Translations under genes and position numbers: made by a program
Part shown: positions 37,584-50,340 of the stretch, in pieces
How the letters are laid out: each line of letters starts with the position of its first letter
Numbering within the stretch: position 1 is the first letter of the stretch
Assembly (NCBI GenBank): GCA_043228905.1
Contig: JBHGNT010000005.1
Location: forward strand, 9,610,001-9,674,000
Direction of reading: 5' to 3'
Length of the DNA stretch: 64,000 nt
Source of the DNA: Azolla caroliniana
Lineage: Eukaryota; Plantae; Polypodiophyta
Notes under the pieces: generated by a model
Databases searched by the model: none
Seen by the model: the letters and a program-made list of their open reading frames with translations, nothing else
What the model was told of the DNA's origin: nothing

Positions 37584-40500
37584 TGTTAGGAATATGTCCC
37601 TCCTATTGGGAGGAGCCGACTAGTCGGGCTAAGAGCGGACGACCGATGACAAGGAGTAGCCGATTGGTCGGGCTGAGAATTGATAGTCAATGACAACGAG
37701 TGGCCGACTGGTCGGGCCGTGAACCAACAATCAATGATAAGGAGGAGTCGATAGTAGATGTGATCCAAGTCGAAGACACAACCGACTAGTCGGGCCGACC
37801 GGATGGCCAACAACAAGGCCGACTAGTCAGGCTGACTGGACAATCGACATTGGAGTCGACTAGTCGATCAGTCGGCTGATTAACTATTATTGTTATTTGG
37901 TATACTAATAGGAATGATAGTAACAATGGCTACATTTGTAAATACCCCATATTGTGTATAAGTATAAATACACTTAGGGCAACCATAGAATAGAACTGTA
38001 GAACATAACGAAGCGCTCTAGAGATAGTGTGTAACAGAGAGATTGAGTGAGAGAAGAGTTGTAACCGTTCTTTGTACACTCTGTTGTATAGTGGAAGATT
38101 TGTTCTCCTGTGGTTTTCCCAATTTAGGGTTTCCACATAAAATTGTGTGCATAGTATATCTCTGTCTATTTTTGTTGTATTTCTAGTTTTTGCGTTATTG
38201 TGTATATCAGAGTCGGTCTTCCTCACAAATCTTAGGGATAGAATCCCATTAAATTGGTATCAAAGCTAGGTTAAAGATGGAAGGAGGTGTGAGTGGCTTC
38301 CCAGGCATGATAGTTCTAAACTCTCATAACTATGCAGACTAGAAGATTAAAGATGGAAGACCTTCTCATAGTTAAAGACCTGTATGAGCCCATCGATAGA
38401 GCAAAAATACCCACGAGGGTATTAGAGTCTGAATGGAAACTTCTGAACAGGAAGGCGGTGGCCACCATCAGACAGTGTGTTGATGTGAGTGTCCTACGAG
38501 TGACACAAATGCCTACGAGTTGTGGCAGAAGCTGTCAAGTCTATATGAGAGGAAGAACTCCCTCAACAAAACATCTCTGATGAGAAAGATTGTAAGGCTG
38601 AAATACAGGGACAGGGAAAGCATAGTTGAGCTCATAAGCACATTCATGGGGCATGTGAACCAACTTGCGGCAACTAAGTTTCCTCTTGAGGATGCAATGT
38701 AGGCCATCCTGCTACTGTGTACCGTACCAAATAGCTAGGAGAACCTGGTGGTGACTCTCATCACCTCGTGTCAAGAAAGAAACTTGTCTCTACAAACAAT
38801 AAAAACAAGCATCTTGAATGAGGAGACAAAGGAGGAAGGACAAGGATGTCTTGTCCTAGTCAGAATCAAACTTGACTCAACATACCGGTGTCGCGAAGTT
38901 TCGCGTTCGCGTGTAGGAAGAGGCGGGACCACTGGGGTCTTGGACCAAGGAGAGAGTGAGTGAGAGAGAGAGAGAGTTGCAAGTACACAGAAAGAGATTA
39001 AGAGCAAGAAAATAGGAATCCGATTACTATAGTCAATAGCTTACAACTCGAACAGTTACAACAGGCAACCCGGCAATGGACCCGACACGGGGTCCTACTC
39101 ACGCACACCGATGACAACCACACGACTTGAAGAAACAAAAGGGGAAAAGGGAAAGAGAGAGACTTTGCTGGAAGCACACGGGGCTATCCACGAAGCAAAG
39201 GCAGCGAACTCCCGACACCTGTAGAGAACGACGATTGGAGGAGAGAGAGAGAGCTCGGCACTCGATTCTGCAGCAGCACTTCGTCCTCGTCAACGCGCGA
39301 TCCCTTCTCTTCCTTGTCTCCTCTCCTTAAATAGTCCCCAAAAGGGGGTGCCCCTTTCTCCCTAGTCAAAACCGCTTTATTCCATGTCCCTTTCAACAGA
39401 GATACGCACAATCCCCTAATAAATGTACACTACATAGTATTTACATCAGCCGACCTAATTATGAATCATGTACAAAATATCAGTTCAATGTCCACCCATG
39501 TAAGAGCCAGTTCATGCCCCTTTTTCTTCGATTCCGCCCATGGCCGGTTTTCTTCACGACACCGGTAGAGGAAGGAATCAACAAAGAAGTCCACAAAGAA
39601 GGGACAAGTCCCATGGTAGATCCAAGTCCAGAGGTAAGCTAACATGCTTCTATTGTGGGAAGCCTGGACACTTCCATAAGGATTGTCGACACCTAAAGAA
39701 GGACAAAGGTGTCAGTAATAATGTCGAACCTAGGAAGATTCTTGATGACAAGGGCACTTCAGTCATAGTTACAAGTGCAAAGGAGATCTTGTTCATTTGT
39801 GAGCATGCAAGCACAAATCTTGCAAGTGAAGAGTGCACATGGGTCATCGACTCTGGTGCATCATTCCATATAACTCCATCGAGAGAGTGTTTCTCTACTT
39901 ACATAGTTGGGGATCATAACTATGTTTAGATGGGATATAATGGGGAGTGCAAGATAGCCAACATAGGAAGTGTATGCCTGATGACGTTGACAGGTTGTCA
40001 AATGACTCTGAGGGAAGTTCGACATGTCCCCAATATAAGATTGAATCTGATATCGATTGGAAGATTTGATGATGAAGACTACATTGGTAACTTCCGAAAT
40101 GGCAAGTGGAAATTTTGCCGAGGAAACCTTATTGTGGCCCGAGCACAGAAAGAAGGCACTTTGTATATGATGCATGCCCGACTGTGCAAGTCGGAAGTAA
40201 ATGTGGCAGCCGACTCGAGTGGAGAGTTATGACATAAGAGGCTAGGCCACATGAGTGAAAAGGGAATGCACATACTGGCCGACTAGGAACTTCTCCTAGA
40301 AGTTAAAGGAGTACATTTGGAGAAGTGTGTCGATTGCTTAGTTGGAAAGCATAACAGAGCATCGTTTCTCACAAAACCACCAAGAAGAAGAGAAGTTGCA
40401 CTGGAACTAGTACACACGGATGTCTACTATGTAGACGCTCCATCGCATAGAGGTGGACAGTGCTTTATAACGTTTATTGACGACTATAGTCGGAAGACAT

Positions 40501-43500
40501 GGGCCTTCGTACTAAAGTTAAAGGATCAAGTATTGTCAATGTTCAAGGAGTTCCAGGCAAGAACCGAATGAGAGTTGGGTCGGAAATCAAAGGTTGTCCA
40601 AACCAACAATGGTGGTGAATATAAAGGGCAGTTTGAGGAATACTACAAGGCCCAAAGTACTCGAATCGAATACACTATTCCAAAGACATCTGAGAGGATG
40701 AATCGAACAATCATGGAGAGTGTAAGGAGCATGTTTTCGCATGCTAAGTTGTCGAAAACATATTGGGTTGAGGCAATGTATACAGTCGTGTATATGATAA
40801 ACAAGTCTCCCTCAGTACCACTGAAATGTGATGTCCCATAGAGGGTGTGGACAGGAAAGGAAGTCTCCTACCGACACTTGAGGGTGTTCAGAGGCTTAAT
40901 GATAAACAAATCTCCCTCAGTACCACTGAAATGTCATGTCCCACAGAGGGTGTGGACAGGAAAGGAAGTCTCCTACCGACACTTGAGGGTGTTCGGATGC
41001 TTAATGTATATGCATGTGGCTAAGGACCAGAGGTTGAAGCTCAACAGTAAATTGAAACCATGCATATTTATGGGATACTCGAGGGACGAGTTCGACTATA
41101 GGTTGTGGGACTTAGTCAACAAGAAGGTAGTGAGGAGTCGGGATGTAGTCTTCATGGAAGACAAGACAATAGAGGACTGGAAGCAAAAGAAGTTAGAATC
41201 GACTCCCAATATGAAACGACATAGTCGGCTATTCGGAGACAATCAATTGGTACAATTGAATTAGAATCGGCCGACTCAGAGCAACCGACCAATACATATG
41301 AGTTGGAGTCGACAGTCCTATTGAAGTTGATCGAGGAATACGAGTCAAAGTCGACTAACCCTCAATGACCGATCGACACATACGAACCTGAGCCAAGAGA
41401 AGAGTCATGAGAGACGTCCGAATTGGAGCCGACAACGAGTGGAAGGAGATACCCACTCCGAGAAAGGAGAGCACCGGTGACATATGCCAGACAATACATC
41501 CTCTTGACTTATGAAGGTGAGCCTAAGTGCTATGATGAAGCCATTGCTGATGAGCATAAGGAGAAATGGCAGAGTGCAATGCAAGATGAGATGGACTCCT
41601 TGCATGAGAATTACACCTATGACATGGTAGAGTTATTGAAAGGTAAGAGAGCACTCAGGAATAAATGGGTCTACAAGGTGAAGACGGGAGAAGTTGACAA
41701 CACACCCAGGTACAAAGCCCGCATTGTGGTGTAGGGGTTCCAACAGAAAAAGGGTGTCGACTTCGACGAAATATTTGCACCAGTCCTGAAGATGACATCA
41801 ATCAGAACTGTTCTAAGCATAACTGCTAGTATGGACATGGAGATCCAACAATTGGATGTCAAGACAACATTCTTGCATGGGGAGATGGACGAAGAGATCT
41901 ACATGCAGCAGCCTGAAGGCTTTGAGGAGAAAGGGAAAGAGAACATCATGTGTCTACTGAAGAAAAGCTTGTATGGGTTGAAACAAGTTCCATGCCTATG
42001 GTACAAGAAGTTCGAGTCCTTCATGCTGGAACATAAGTTCTAGAAAACATAGGCAGATCACCGTGTGTTCGTTAAAAGGTACGATGAAGGTGACTTCTTG
42101 ATTCTCTTATTATATGTGGATGACATGTTGATAGTCAGACAAGACACGAAGAGGATCATAAGCTTAAAGAAAGCTTTAGGCAAGTCGTTTTCCATGAAAG
42201 ATCTTGGACAGGCTAAACAGATCTTAGGGATGCACATAGCTTGAGATAGAACAAAGAAAGTGTTGTGGTTGTCACAAGAGAAATATGTGACAAAGATCTT
42301 GGAGTGGTTCAACATGTCGGAAGCAAAGTTAGTTGACTATGTGTTGCCGACCAACTGCAAGCTGAATGCAAAGCAATGCTCAAGAGGGGAGAAAGAAAAG
42401 GCTGAGATGAGGAAAGTACTGTATTCCTCGGTCGTCGGAAATCTAATGTATGATATGGTCTATACGAGAGCAGACATAACATTTGTTGTGGGAGCAGTAA
42501 GCCGATACATGAGTAATCCAAGACGAGAACACTAGGCAGTCGTGAAATGGATACTCGGGTACTTAAAAGGCACCTCGAGGGTATGCCTAAGGTATGGTGT
42601 CGAAAAACCTATGCTCGAAGGGTTTACCGATTTGAAAATGTCGGGGGATGCAAACTCAAGCCGATCCACATAAGGTTACATGATAACCTATGTAGGGGGA
42701 GCAGTGCAATCATGACTGCAGAAGTTTGTGGCCTTGTCGATCACAGAGGTAGAGTATATGGCAGTGGTAGAGGCCGACAAAGAGCTGATCTGGATGAGAA
42801 ATTTTCTTAGTGAATTGGGCATGAAGAAAAGGGAGTTTCTGCTTCATTGTGACAGCCAAAGCGCCATACATCTAGCCAAGAATGTTGCGTACCACTCCTA
42901 GACCAAACATATATAGAGGAGGTATCATTGGTTGCGGGAGAAAGTGGAGGAAGGAGATTTTACCCATGTGAAAATCCATACTGACTACAATGGATCCAAC
43001 ATGCTAACAAATAACCTACAAATGGAATCAGATGACAGAGGACAGGACTAACCGACTCCACCCATAGGAGTGAATGGGGGGGGAGTTTGTTAGGAATATG
43101 TCCCTCCTATTGGGAGGAGTTTTGACTGGTCAGGCCAAGAGCCGACAATCGATGACAAGGAGGAGTCGACAACATATGTGATCCAAGTCGAAAACACAAT
43201 TGACTAGTTGGGCTGACCGGATGGTTGATGACAAAGCCGACTAGTCAAGCCGACGAGATAGTCGACACTGGCGTCAACTAGTCGATCACTCGCGTTGACT
43301 AGTCGATCACTCGGTTGATTAACTATTATTGTTATTTAGTATAATAATAGGAATGACAGTAGAAATGGTTACATTTGTAAATAGCCGATACTGTGTATAA
43401 GTATAAATACACTTACGACAAACGTAGAATAGAACTGTAGAACATAACGAAGCGCTGCAAAGATAGTGTGTAAGAGAGAGAGAGAGTGGCGACAAAGTTC

Positions 43501-43741
43501 AACGAACTTGCCAAGAACCCTAAGTGGTTATCCTCTGAGTTTTAGAGAAGAGTTGTAACCGTTCTTTGTACTCTCCGTTGTATAGTGGAAGATCTGTTCT
43601 CCTGCAGTTTTCCTCGTTTATTCCACGTAAAACTGTGTGTGTAGTATATCTCTGTCTATTTTTGTTGTATTTCCGGTTTTCGTGTTATTGTGTATATCCG
43701 AGTCAATCTTCCTCACAAATCTCAAGGATCGAATCCCATAA
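37584..43741 (+). mobile_element. Full-length decayed Ty1/copia element E (Tnt1/Tork-like); LTRs 37584 to about 38251 and 43088 to about 43741
   Basis: PBS TGGTATCAAAGC at 38255; gag-PR-INT-RT-RH with many stops; PPT before 43088; flanks AAAAT/AAAAC; LTRs clearly diverged. Confidence 0.93.
38889..39561. mobile_element. Gypsy-type solo LTR inserted in E gag
   Basis: Termini TGTCGCGAAG/CTTCACGACA; perfect 4-bp TSD CCGG; removing it restores the host gag TQHTGRGRNQ. Confidence 0.88.
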
Positions 43742-43758
43742 AAAACACACACACACAC

Positions 43759-43947
43759 AAATGCAATCCATGATGTTTGGAACGCCAACTAAAAGCAATA
43801 TGTTGTTTGACATGTACTTTTGAAGAGGACTTGTCAAATTTTGATATACAACAAAGGTACTCCAAGAAAATTTGTGAGTAAATTCAAACATCTCCTGAAA
43901 GACACTTTGTGGTGGGGGCGGATTGAGTTACATCCCCAACAATCAGA
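43759..43947. mobile_element. Right arm of the foldback/MITE-like element
   Basis: Inverted copy of 37388-37566 plus the displaced piece 34535-34548. Confidence 0.75.
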
Positions 43948-44034
43948 CATAAATGAATAAGAAGGATGCTCCTTCAAGTGTTTTGGATAGAGAGGCTAAA
44001 TTGTTTCAAAAAACCTATCTCCAATGTTGAATGA

Positions 44035-44077
44035 AAGAAGAAGAAGAAGAAGAAGAAGAAGAAGAAGAAGAAGAAGA
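44035..44077. repeat. (GAA)n microsatellite upstream of CK2 alpha
   Basis: About 14 consecutive GAA units; further (GA)n and (TCT)n tracts at 44200-44292. Confidence 0.9.
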
Positions 44078-44199
44078 GGAGGAGGGATAGGGGTAGTTTA
44101 GGAAATATCCAAAATAATACTTTAATAGGAGAGCTATATTTGTAAATTTCCCAAATAGTTTATTTTATTTGGTTATTATTATTTGCTTCCCAAGGGGGT

Positions 44200-44231
<32 letters not shown>

Positions 44232-44372
44232 GACAGAGATACAGAGAGTGTGAGGGAAATCAAGTCTTCTTCTTCTTCTTCTTCTTCTTCTTCAAGAAAC
44301 AGAGAGTATAGATTGTCAGAGAGTTTGAGGTTAGGAGGGAATGAATGTAGGCAGTGGCCTCTCCTCCTCCTT

Positions 44373-47300
44373 ATGAAGATGATGGAAATATTCTCTGTCA
44401 TGATACCACCACACCATAGCTTGATCCGCAAAGCTTTGCTTCACATACCTCTCTTTCCTACAGCACATCCACTGTTTCTGAGAGGCAAACCATATTTCCA
44501 TTCCCAATTCTCCACATTTACACCCTATCAGCAACCCTCTTATTCTTCTCCTTCTTCTTCTGTTGTTTATTGTGCTTCCATGGTTCCTCAGTATAACAAC
44601 AAGAACAGCAAGATGATTGGAAAATCTACTCGCCTTCCGGGTTCTGTGTCAAAAGCTCGTGTTTATTGTGATGTGAATGTTCTCCGACCCAAAGAATATT
44701 GGGACTATGAATCCACTAATGTTCAATGGGGGTAATAATCAGTTTCCTTCAGGTTTTAGCTTCTGCTGTTTATTGTTTATTGTTCTTGTTCACTTCATAA
44801 TTTTTTGTTTTGATTTATTTCCTGTTTGTTCATGTTTCATTTTAGCCATGATTTTCGTTCAACCATAGCTCAAATGATATATATATATATATATAAATTT
44901 ATGTCCATAATAACTCAAGTATATCTATATCTATATCTATATATATATCATGTCCATAGCTAAAAAATGATATCTATCTATTGTCCATAGCTCAAATGCA
45001 CTTTTTTAATATCCTTTTTCCAATCCTCTTTTAATTAACATCCATGGGGGAACAACATGTCCCACTGTGATTTCTTGTCATGCAAACTATATAGTGACCC
45101 TATTTGCTGCATTCACCTCATATTAGTACCGCAAATGAGTGTTTAACACACACATACATACTCATTTCGAATGTCATTTTCTCAGCATTCAGTCTGATAC
45201 GTGTGTGACCTCTGATCTTTTGTCTCATTGGTTACGTTAAAAGAGATATATAATGACCTCAATATCATTCAATTGCTATTTGGCTTCCCACTAGTACTCT
45301 AATTGTGTGTGGTTTGTCATATAAAAAAACACAAATATTTTCTAGCATTGATTATGTTTAGACGTGTAACATATGTAGGTACAAACTCCTTACATGCGCA
45401 TACCCCGTCATAAGACCAAGGAAAGGTTTTGAACTATATAGTAGGATAATCCTGAAGAAGTGAAAAGGATACTTAAACATGATTTATGCATGATTCACAT
45501 TATAGTGTCATATCCTGTGCCATGAAAAATCAAATGTCTTCTTGAGCATGGACTTTCAACTCTAGCAGGAACCAAGACAATTATGAAGTTATTCGTAAAG
45601 TCGGGCGGGGAAAATATAGTGAAGTTTTTGAAGGAGTCAACGTGGTGAACAATCAACGATGTATCATCAAGATATTGAAGCCTGTGAAGAAGAAAAAGGT
45701 AAACATTCGTGTTGGGATTTAATATAGACATCCCATGGTTCCAACAGGCAATAACGGAACCCTCTTCAACTGAGAGCACACTTTGACATAAGATTTGGAA
45801 GTTCAGATGATTATTGACCAGAATTTTGTCATGATACTTTCTTTTATGTTCATAGCTTAAGTAATCACATTATTAATTGTCTGAAGCTCAAGTGTAGCTA
45901 TATTCTGGATATATTTTCTCAGCATTCATTTCAATACTTGTGTAATATACAAGGTATCAATCTTCTTGCTAGAATGACTTAGGTTGGGTAGGCAATCATT
46001 AGACATATCTGGAATGGTTTGTTCCTGTTTGGGTCTCTGAAGATATTCATGTAGTATTCTCTTCCTGTTTGGGCCTCCAAGATATTCCTGGAAAAACATA
46101 ATTTCCCAGCATGTAATTGTGATTTTGTCAATGCATATCGACTATTGTGGAGCTTGATGCATTGCATATGAGATGATTTCTCCGCAAATGTTATTTTGGG
46201 AGTTTGAGATATACCTGAGCTATATCTACCTTACTTAAGGTTGCCCAAAGAGTACCCTCGCATAAGTCTTCCTTCTCTGTTCATAGTATCCATCATTAAT
46301 CAGAAACATGGATTTAATGAATTTCCCCATGCCTCCAGTGAAGGTTAATATAAATTTCATCATTCTATTTCAATTTTAATTTCTTAGATGTTTAGTTTGA
46401 ACGGAAGGAAATTTGTAAATCAGGGCATCTTATTGTTTCTATATTTAGTTTCAGGCTAACTCTAGCAGACTTCATCAGGTTGAAACAAATGATTTTTCTT
46501 AGGTGTTGATATGCCATATCATGTTGAGTTTGAATGTGAATTGGATATTTCACCTGACAGCTTGTTGATTGGTTAATAAATTCCATGTGAATTCTCTAAT
46601 TTGTTGTCGTTGTGATACAGATAAAACGAGAAATTAAAATTCTTCAGAATCTTTGTGGGGGTCCTAATGTCATTAGACTGTTGGATATTGTTCGTGATCA
46701 ACAATCTAAAACACCAAGTCTTGTGTTTGAATATGTGAATAATACAGATTTTAAGGTTCTTTATCCAACATTTACAGGCTTTGACATTTGCTACTACACA
46801 TTTGAGTTACTAAAGGTATTGCTATGCCATGTTCTATACTGAGTAATTATTCCATTCAATAAAACTTGCTTTGGTATCTGATGATCTAGGAAATCATCGT
46901 GCTTATGCATGCTTAGAAGACCATATGGTGACATATTGGAAACTTCATCTAGAGGAATAATATACTATTAACCTTTTCTGCAAAAGTTTGTTGATAGTTT
47001 TGCACTGTGTAAAGACACTGGCTTCTATGGCCTTTTCTCATCATAACTGTGAAAAAAGAAATACAACATAAATGTTTAAAACGAAATGCAAAAGAAAAGT
47101 GCCAAAACAAGGTCAATCTTGCAATTTGCAACAGGACACCTGATTGTCAACCAAGGGCATGTGCAGCATTCATGAATTCGGGAGTTTCTAAGCTATGTGG
47201 CAGTTGGTTCCATAATGATCAGCCTTCCAGACAGCCAAAGACAATCGAAAATAGATTAAGATATTGCTGTTGTTTGTCTTGCTTGAGTTCCCCCACCCTC

Positions 47301-48898
47301 ATGGTGGGGTCAAGATAAGAATAATATCTTGAGGTGGCCAGTCTGTAAGATATGTATTAATTCAATACAATATAGCGTCATCTTCCATGTGATAGAACTT
47401 AGGAGGATTAACTTGCCACAAGAGACAATCTCATCTCGGAGAATTTTGAATATAGATAGACCAATCAATGGCTTTCCGATGCAAGAATTATTTCTTTGAT
47501 TATGCAGCAATCTGAATTACACTATCAAAACAAAGCAAATCCAAAAAAGCTTCTTTCAGAGGGTTTAGTTCAATGTATCATTTCTTGTAAGAATTTGAAA
47601 TGAATTTGTTAATTTTCAGGCTCTTGATTTTTGTCACTCACAAGGAATTATGCATCGTGATGTGAAACCCCACAATGTGATGATTGATCATGAGCATCGG
47701 AAGCTTCGGCTAATTGACTGGGGCCTCGGGGAATTCTATCACCCAAACACCGATTATAATGTTCGTGTAGCATCAAGGTGGGGTTATCTATTGCAAGGTT
47801 AATTGGCCAAGTTTTCTCAAATTTTAAAGGTGTGTCATTTACAGATGTTTTAAAGGACCAGAACTACTGGTTGATTTGCAAGACTATGACTACTCATTAG
47901 ATATGTGGAGCCTTGGTTGTATGTTTGCAGGGATGGTAAGGAACTTAGAAGATTTGTAAGCAGAAGAAGGTGAAACAAATAACAATGTTTTTTCTTCTTC
48001 CTTTTTCAGATATTTCGGAAAGAACCCTTTTTTCATGGGCAAGACAATGTGGATCAGTTAGTGAAAATTGTGAAGGTCAGGGTATTTCTTGATTGAAATA
48101 TACGTCTTGACTGTTTCACAATCATGATATTGTGTAAGGATCTGATAGAATATGGTTTTTCTTGTGCTTGCAATTTTTTATTAAGGCCCAATGCATAACT
48201 TGATAGTGCAGGTAACATCATCCTGTGGAAAAATGCTTGTGTGTGGAAGTCTTGTCTAAATTATTGAATGTAAACCTAATCATATTGGTGCAGAAACGGG
48301 TTGTGGCAGCTCATGTGCCATGATGAGTTTGTGACAGGTACTGGGAACAGAGGAACTCAATGGCTATCTCAAGAAGTATTGTATCAATCTACATCCCAAA
48401 CTCAGATCTGTAGTCGGATGGTAATTGGAAGCATTTTTTCACGATAAAATGTTATGTATGCATGTAAGATTGTCTTTAATTTAGCGTAAATACATTGCCA
48501 GGCATAGCCGCAAACCATGGTCAAATTTCATCCAACCTGATAACCAGCATCTGGTTACGGCCGAGGTTAGCCAGCTTTGTAGACACAAGCTGTTTTAGCA
48601 TTTTATCTACAGGTTTCTACTTTGAATTGACATAGACAACACCATTCTGATTTATGTATATTCCAATCCTTCAGGCAGTGGATTTTTTGGACAAGTTGCT
48701 GCGATATGACCATCAAGAAAGACCTACTGCTAAAGAGGCAATGGTAAAGTGATATGATTGTGCTAGAACACATGATTATTATTACGTGTTAATTAGAGAA
48801 AATGGAACTGATTTAATTTTTTCTTTTATGAGACCAAACAGATGCACCCGTACTTCTATCCCATACGGATTGCGGAAAGGAACAACTGTATTGTATAA
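44373..48898 (+). CDS. CKA4: Casein kinase II subunit alpha, plastid-type (CKA4-like) with N-terminal extension; exons 44373-44731, 45569-45698, 46621-46815, 47620-47777, 47845-47935, 48010-48075, 48338-48420, 48502-48565, 48675-48743, 48842-48898
   Basis: SKARVY...[60 protein letters not shown]. All introns are GT-AG with consistent phase. Start codon is uncertain (several in-frame ATGs). Confidence 0.93.
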
Positions 48899-50060
48899 AA
48901 AGGAGAACTCTTCTTTCTTGGTGATGTATTTGAGAGGTTAAAAAGGGGTGAGATCTCAGTTCATGATACTTGGCTTCCGGTAACAATGTACAGGAGGGAA
49001 AGACAAGATAGTTTTGAGTATGAGTTTCTATGGTGGGTCTTCACAATGAATAGTAAAATCACATGCATCATTGAGGATCTTTGAATCCCCAAGTTGTAGA
49101 GGAAATGTGGTACTATCTTTATGCTTGTATAAACAACGATACATTTACTGTTTTCTGTGAATCATTACTGCTGCTGGTATCCTTGTGATTCACAGATAGT
49201 GAACGATTATACTGCTGATTGCTTATACTTGTGATTTGTGGATTGTGACCAATTGTTTGTGTATTGTCAACATTGTATTTTATTTCATAGTGTGATCATG
49301 ATTGACGCCATTGAGGCAACTGAGGTCTCAGGGGAAATCAACCCTTTTTACAACATTTGGAATCCAAAATACGGACAGTAGCACCAATTTTATGATATAT
49401 TTAATGGAGCTTCAAAATGTGTTTCCTGAAAGCTCACTTTATGGTCAACATAAAGTGGAATATTGAACATAATGTTGTGAAGAAATATTTATCTTGTCTA
49501 GAAGACCTATAGCTATAACTTAAATTAGGAGGGTCGAGTTCAATATCATCTATTCTGTGTACTCAATTTATTAACCACATAGGAGTGGTCGATGATTAAT
49601 TGTAGGAGTGGTAGATGATTAATTGAAAATATAGATGAGAAATTGGTTGACATCAGGTGTATGGAATACTAAGAGGACTTGCAACTCATGGCAGAACACC
49701 AGTTATGTACTACAGTATTATTTGAAAGCAATAAAGAAAATGTCATAAAAGCATCTGAAAAGATAATTATAGCACTTTTATAAAAATTGGCCATGATATT
49801 CTAGATTGATGTTATCAAGTGATTTAATTGTTACATCTCTGTGCTTGCTCATTATTGCATAATAATCTTCAAAATGTAACAGTGCGGGTATATTTGTTGG
49901 CTGGATAATTGTCTTTATTCATATCCACATTATTATTTGTAATGTTTTTCCATAAATATCCAAACCAATGGCATTCTAGTAATCAACTCAAGCATTGCTA
50001 GGGTCTGAAGACTTAATATCATATGAAATAGTCATACAGCAAAAGTTTATTACAATGAAA

Positions 50061-50281
50061 TTACAAACCTCTTGATTCTAAGAAGTTAAAGAATTGATCC
50101 CAACTCAAACCTTCCTCTATATATTGTGGCATATTTGGATTGTATGGACCCCTGAGTCTATCAATCTTACTAATTATTGCATTTGGTGGAAGTATTGCTT
50201 CTTCCAAATCAGCTGATGTAGCTCTCATCAAGGATGAAGAATGACCCTGGGTTTGAGTAAACAGTTTACATATTGAGAGTC

Positions 50282-50340
<59 letters not shown>

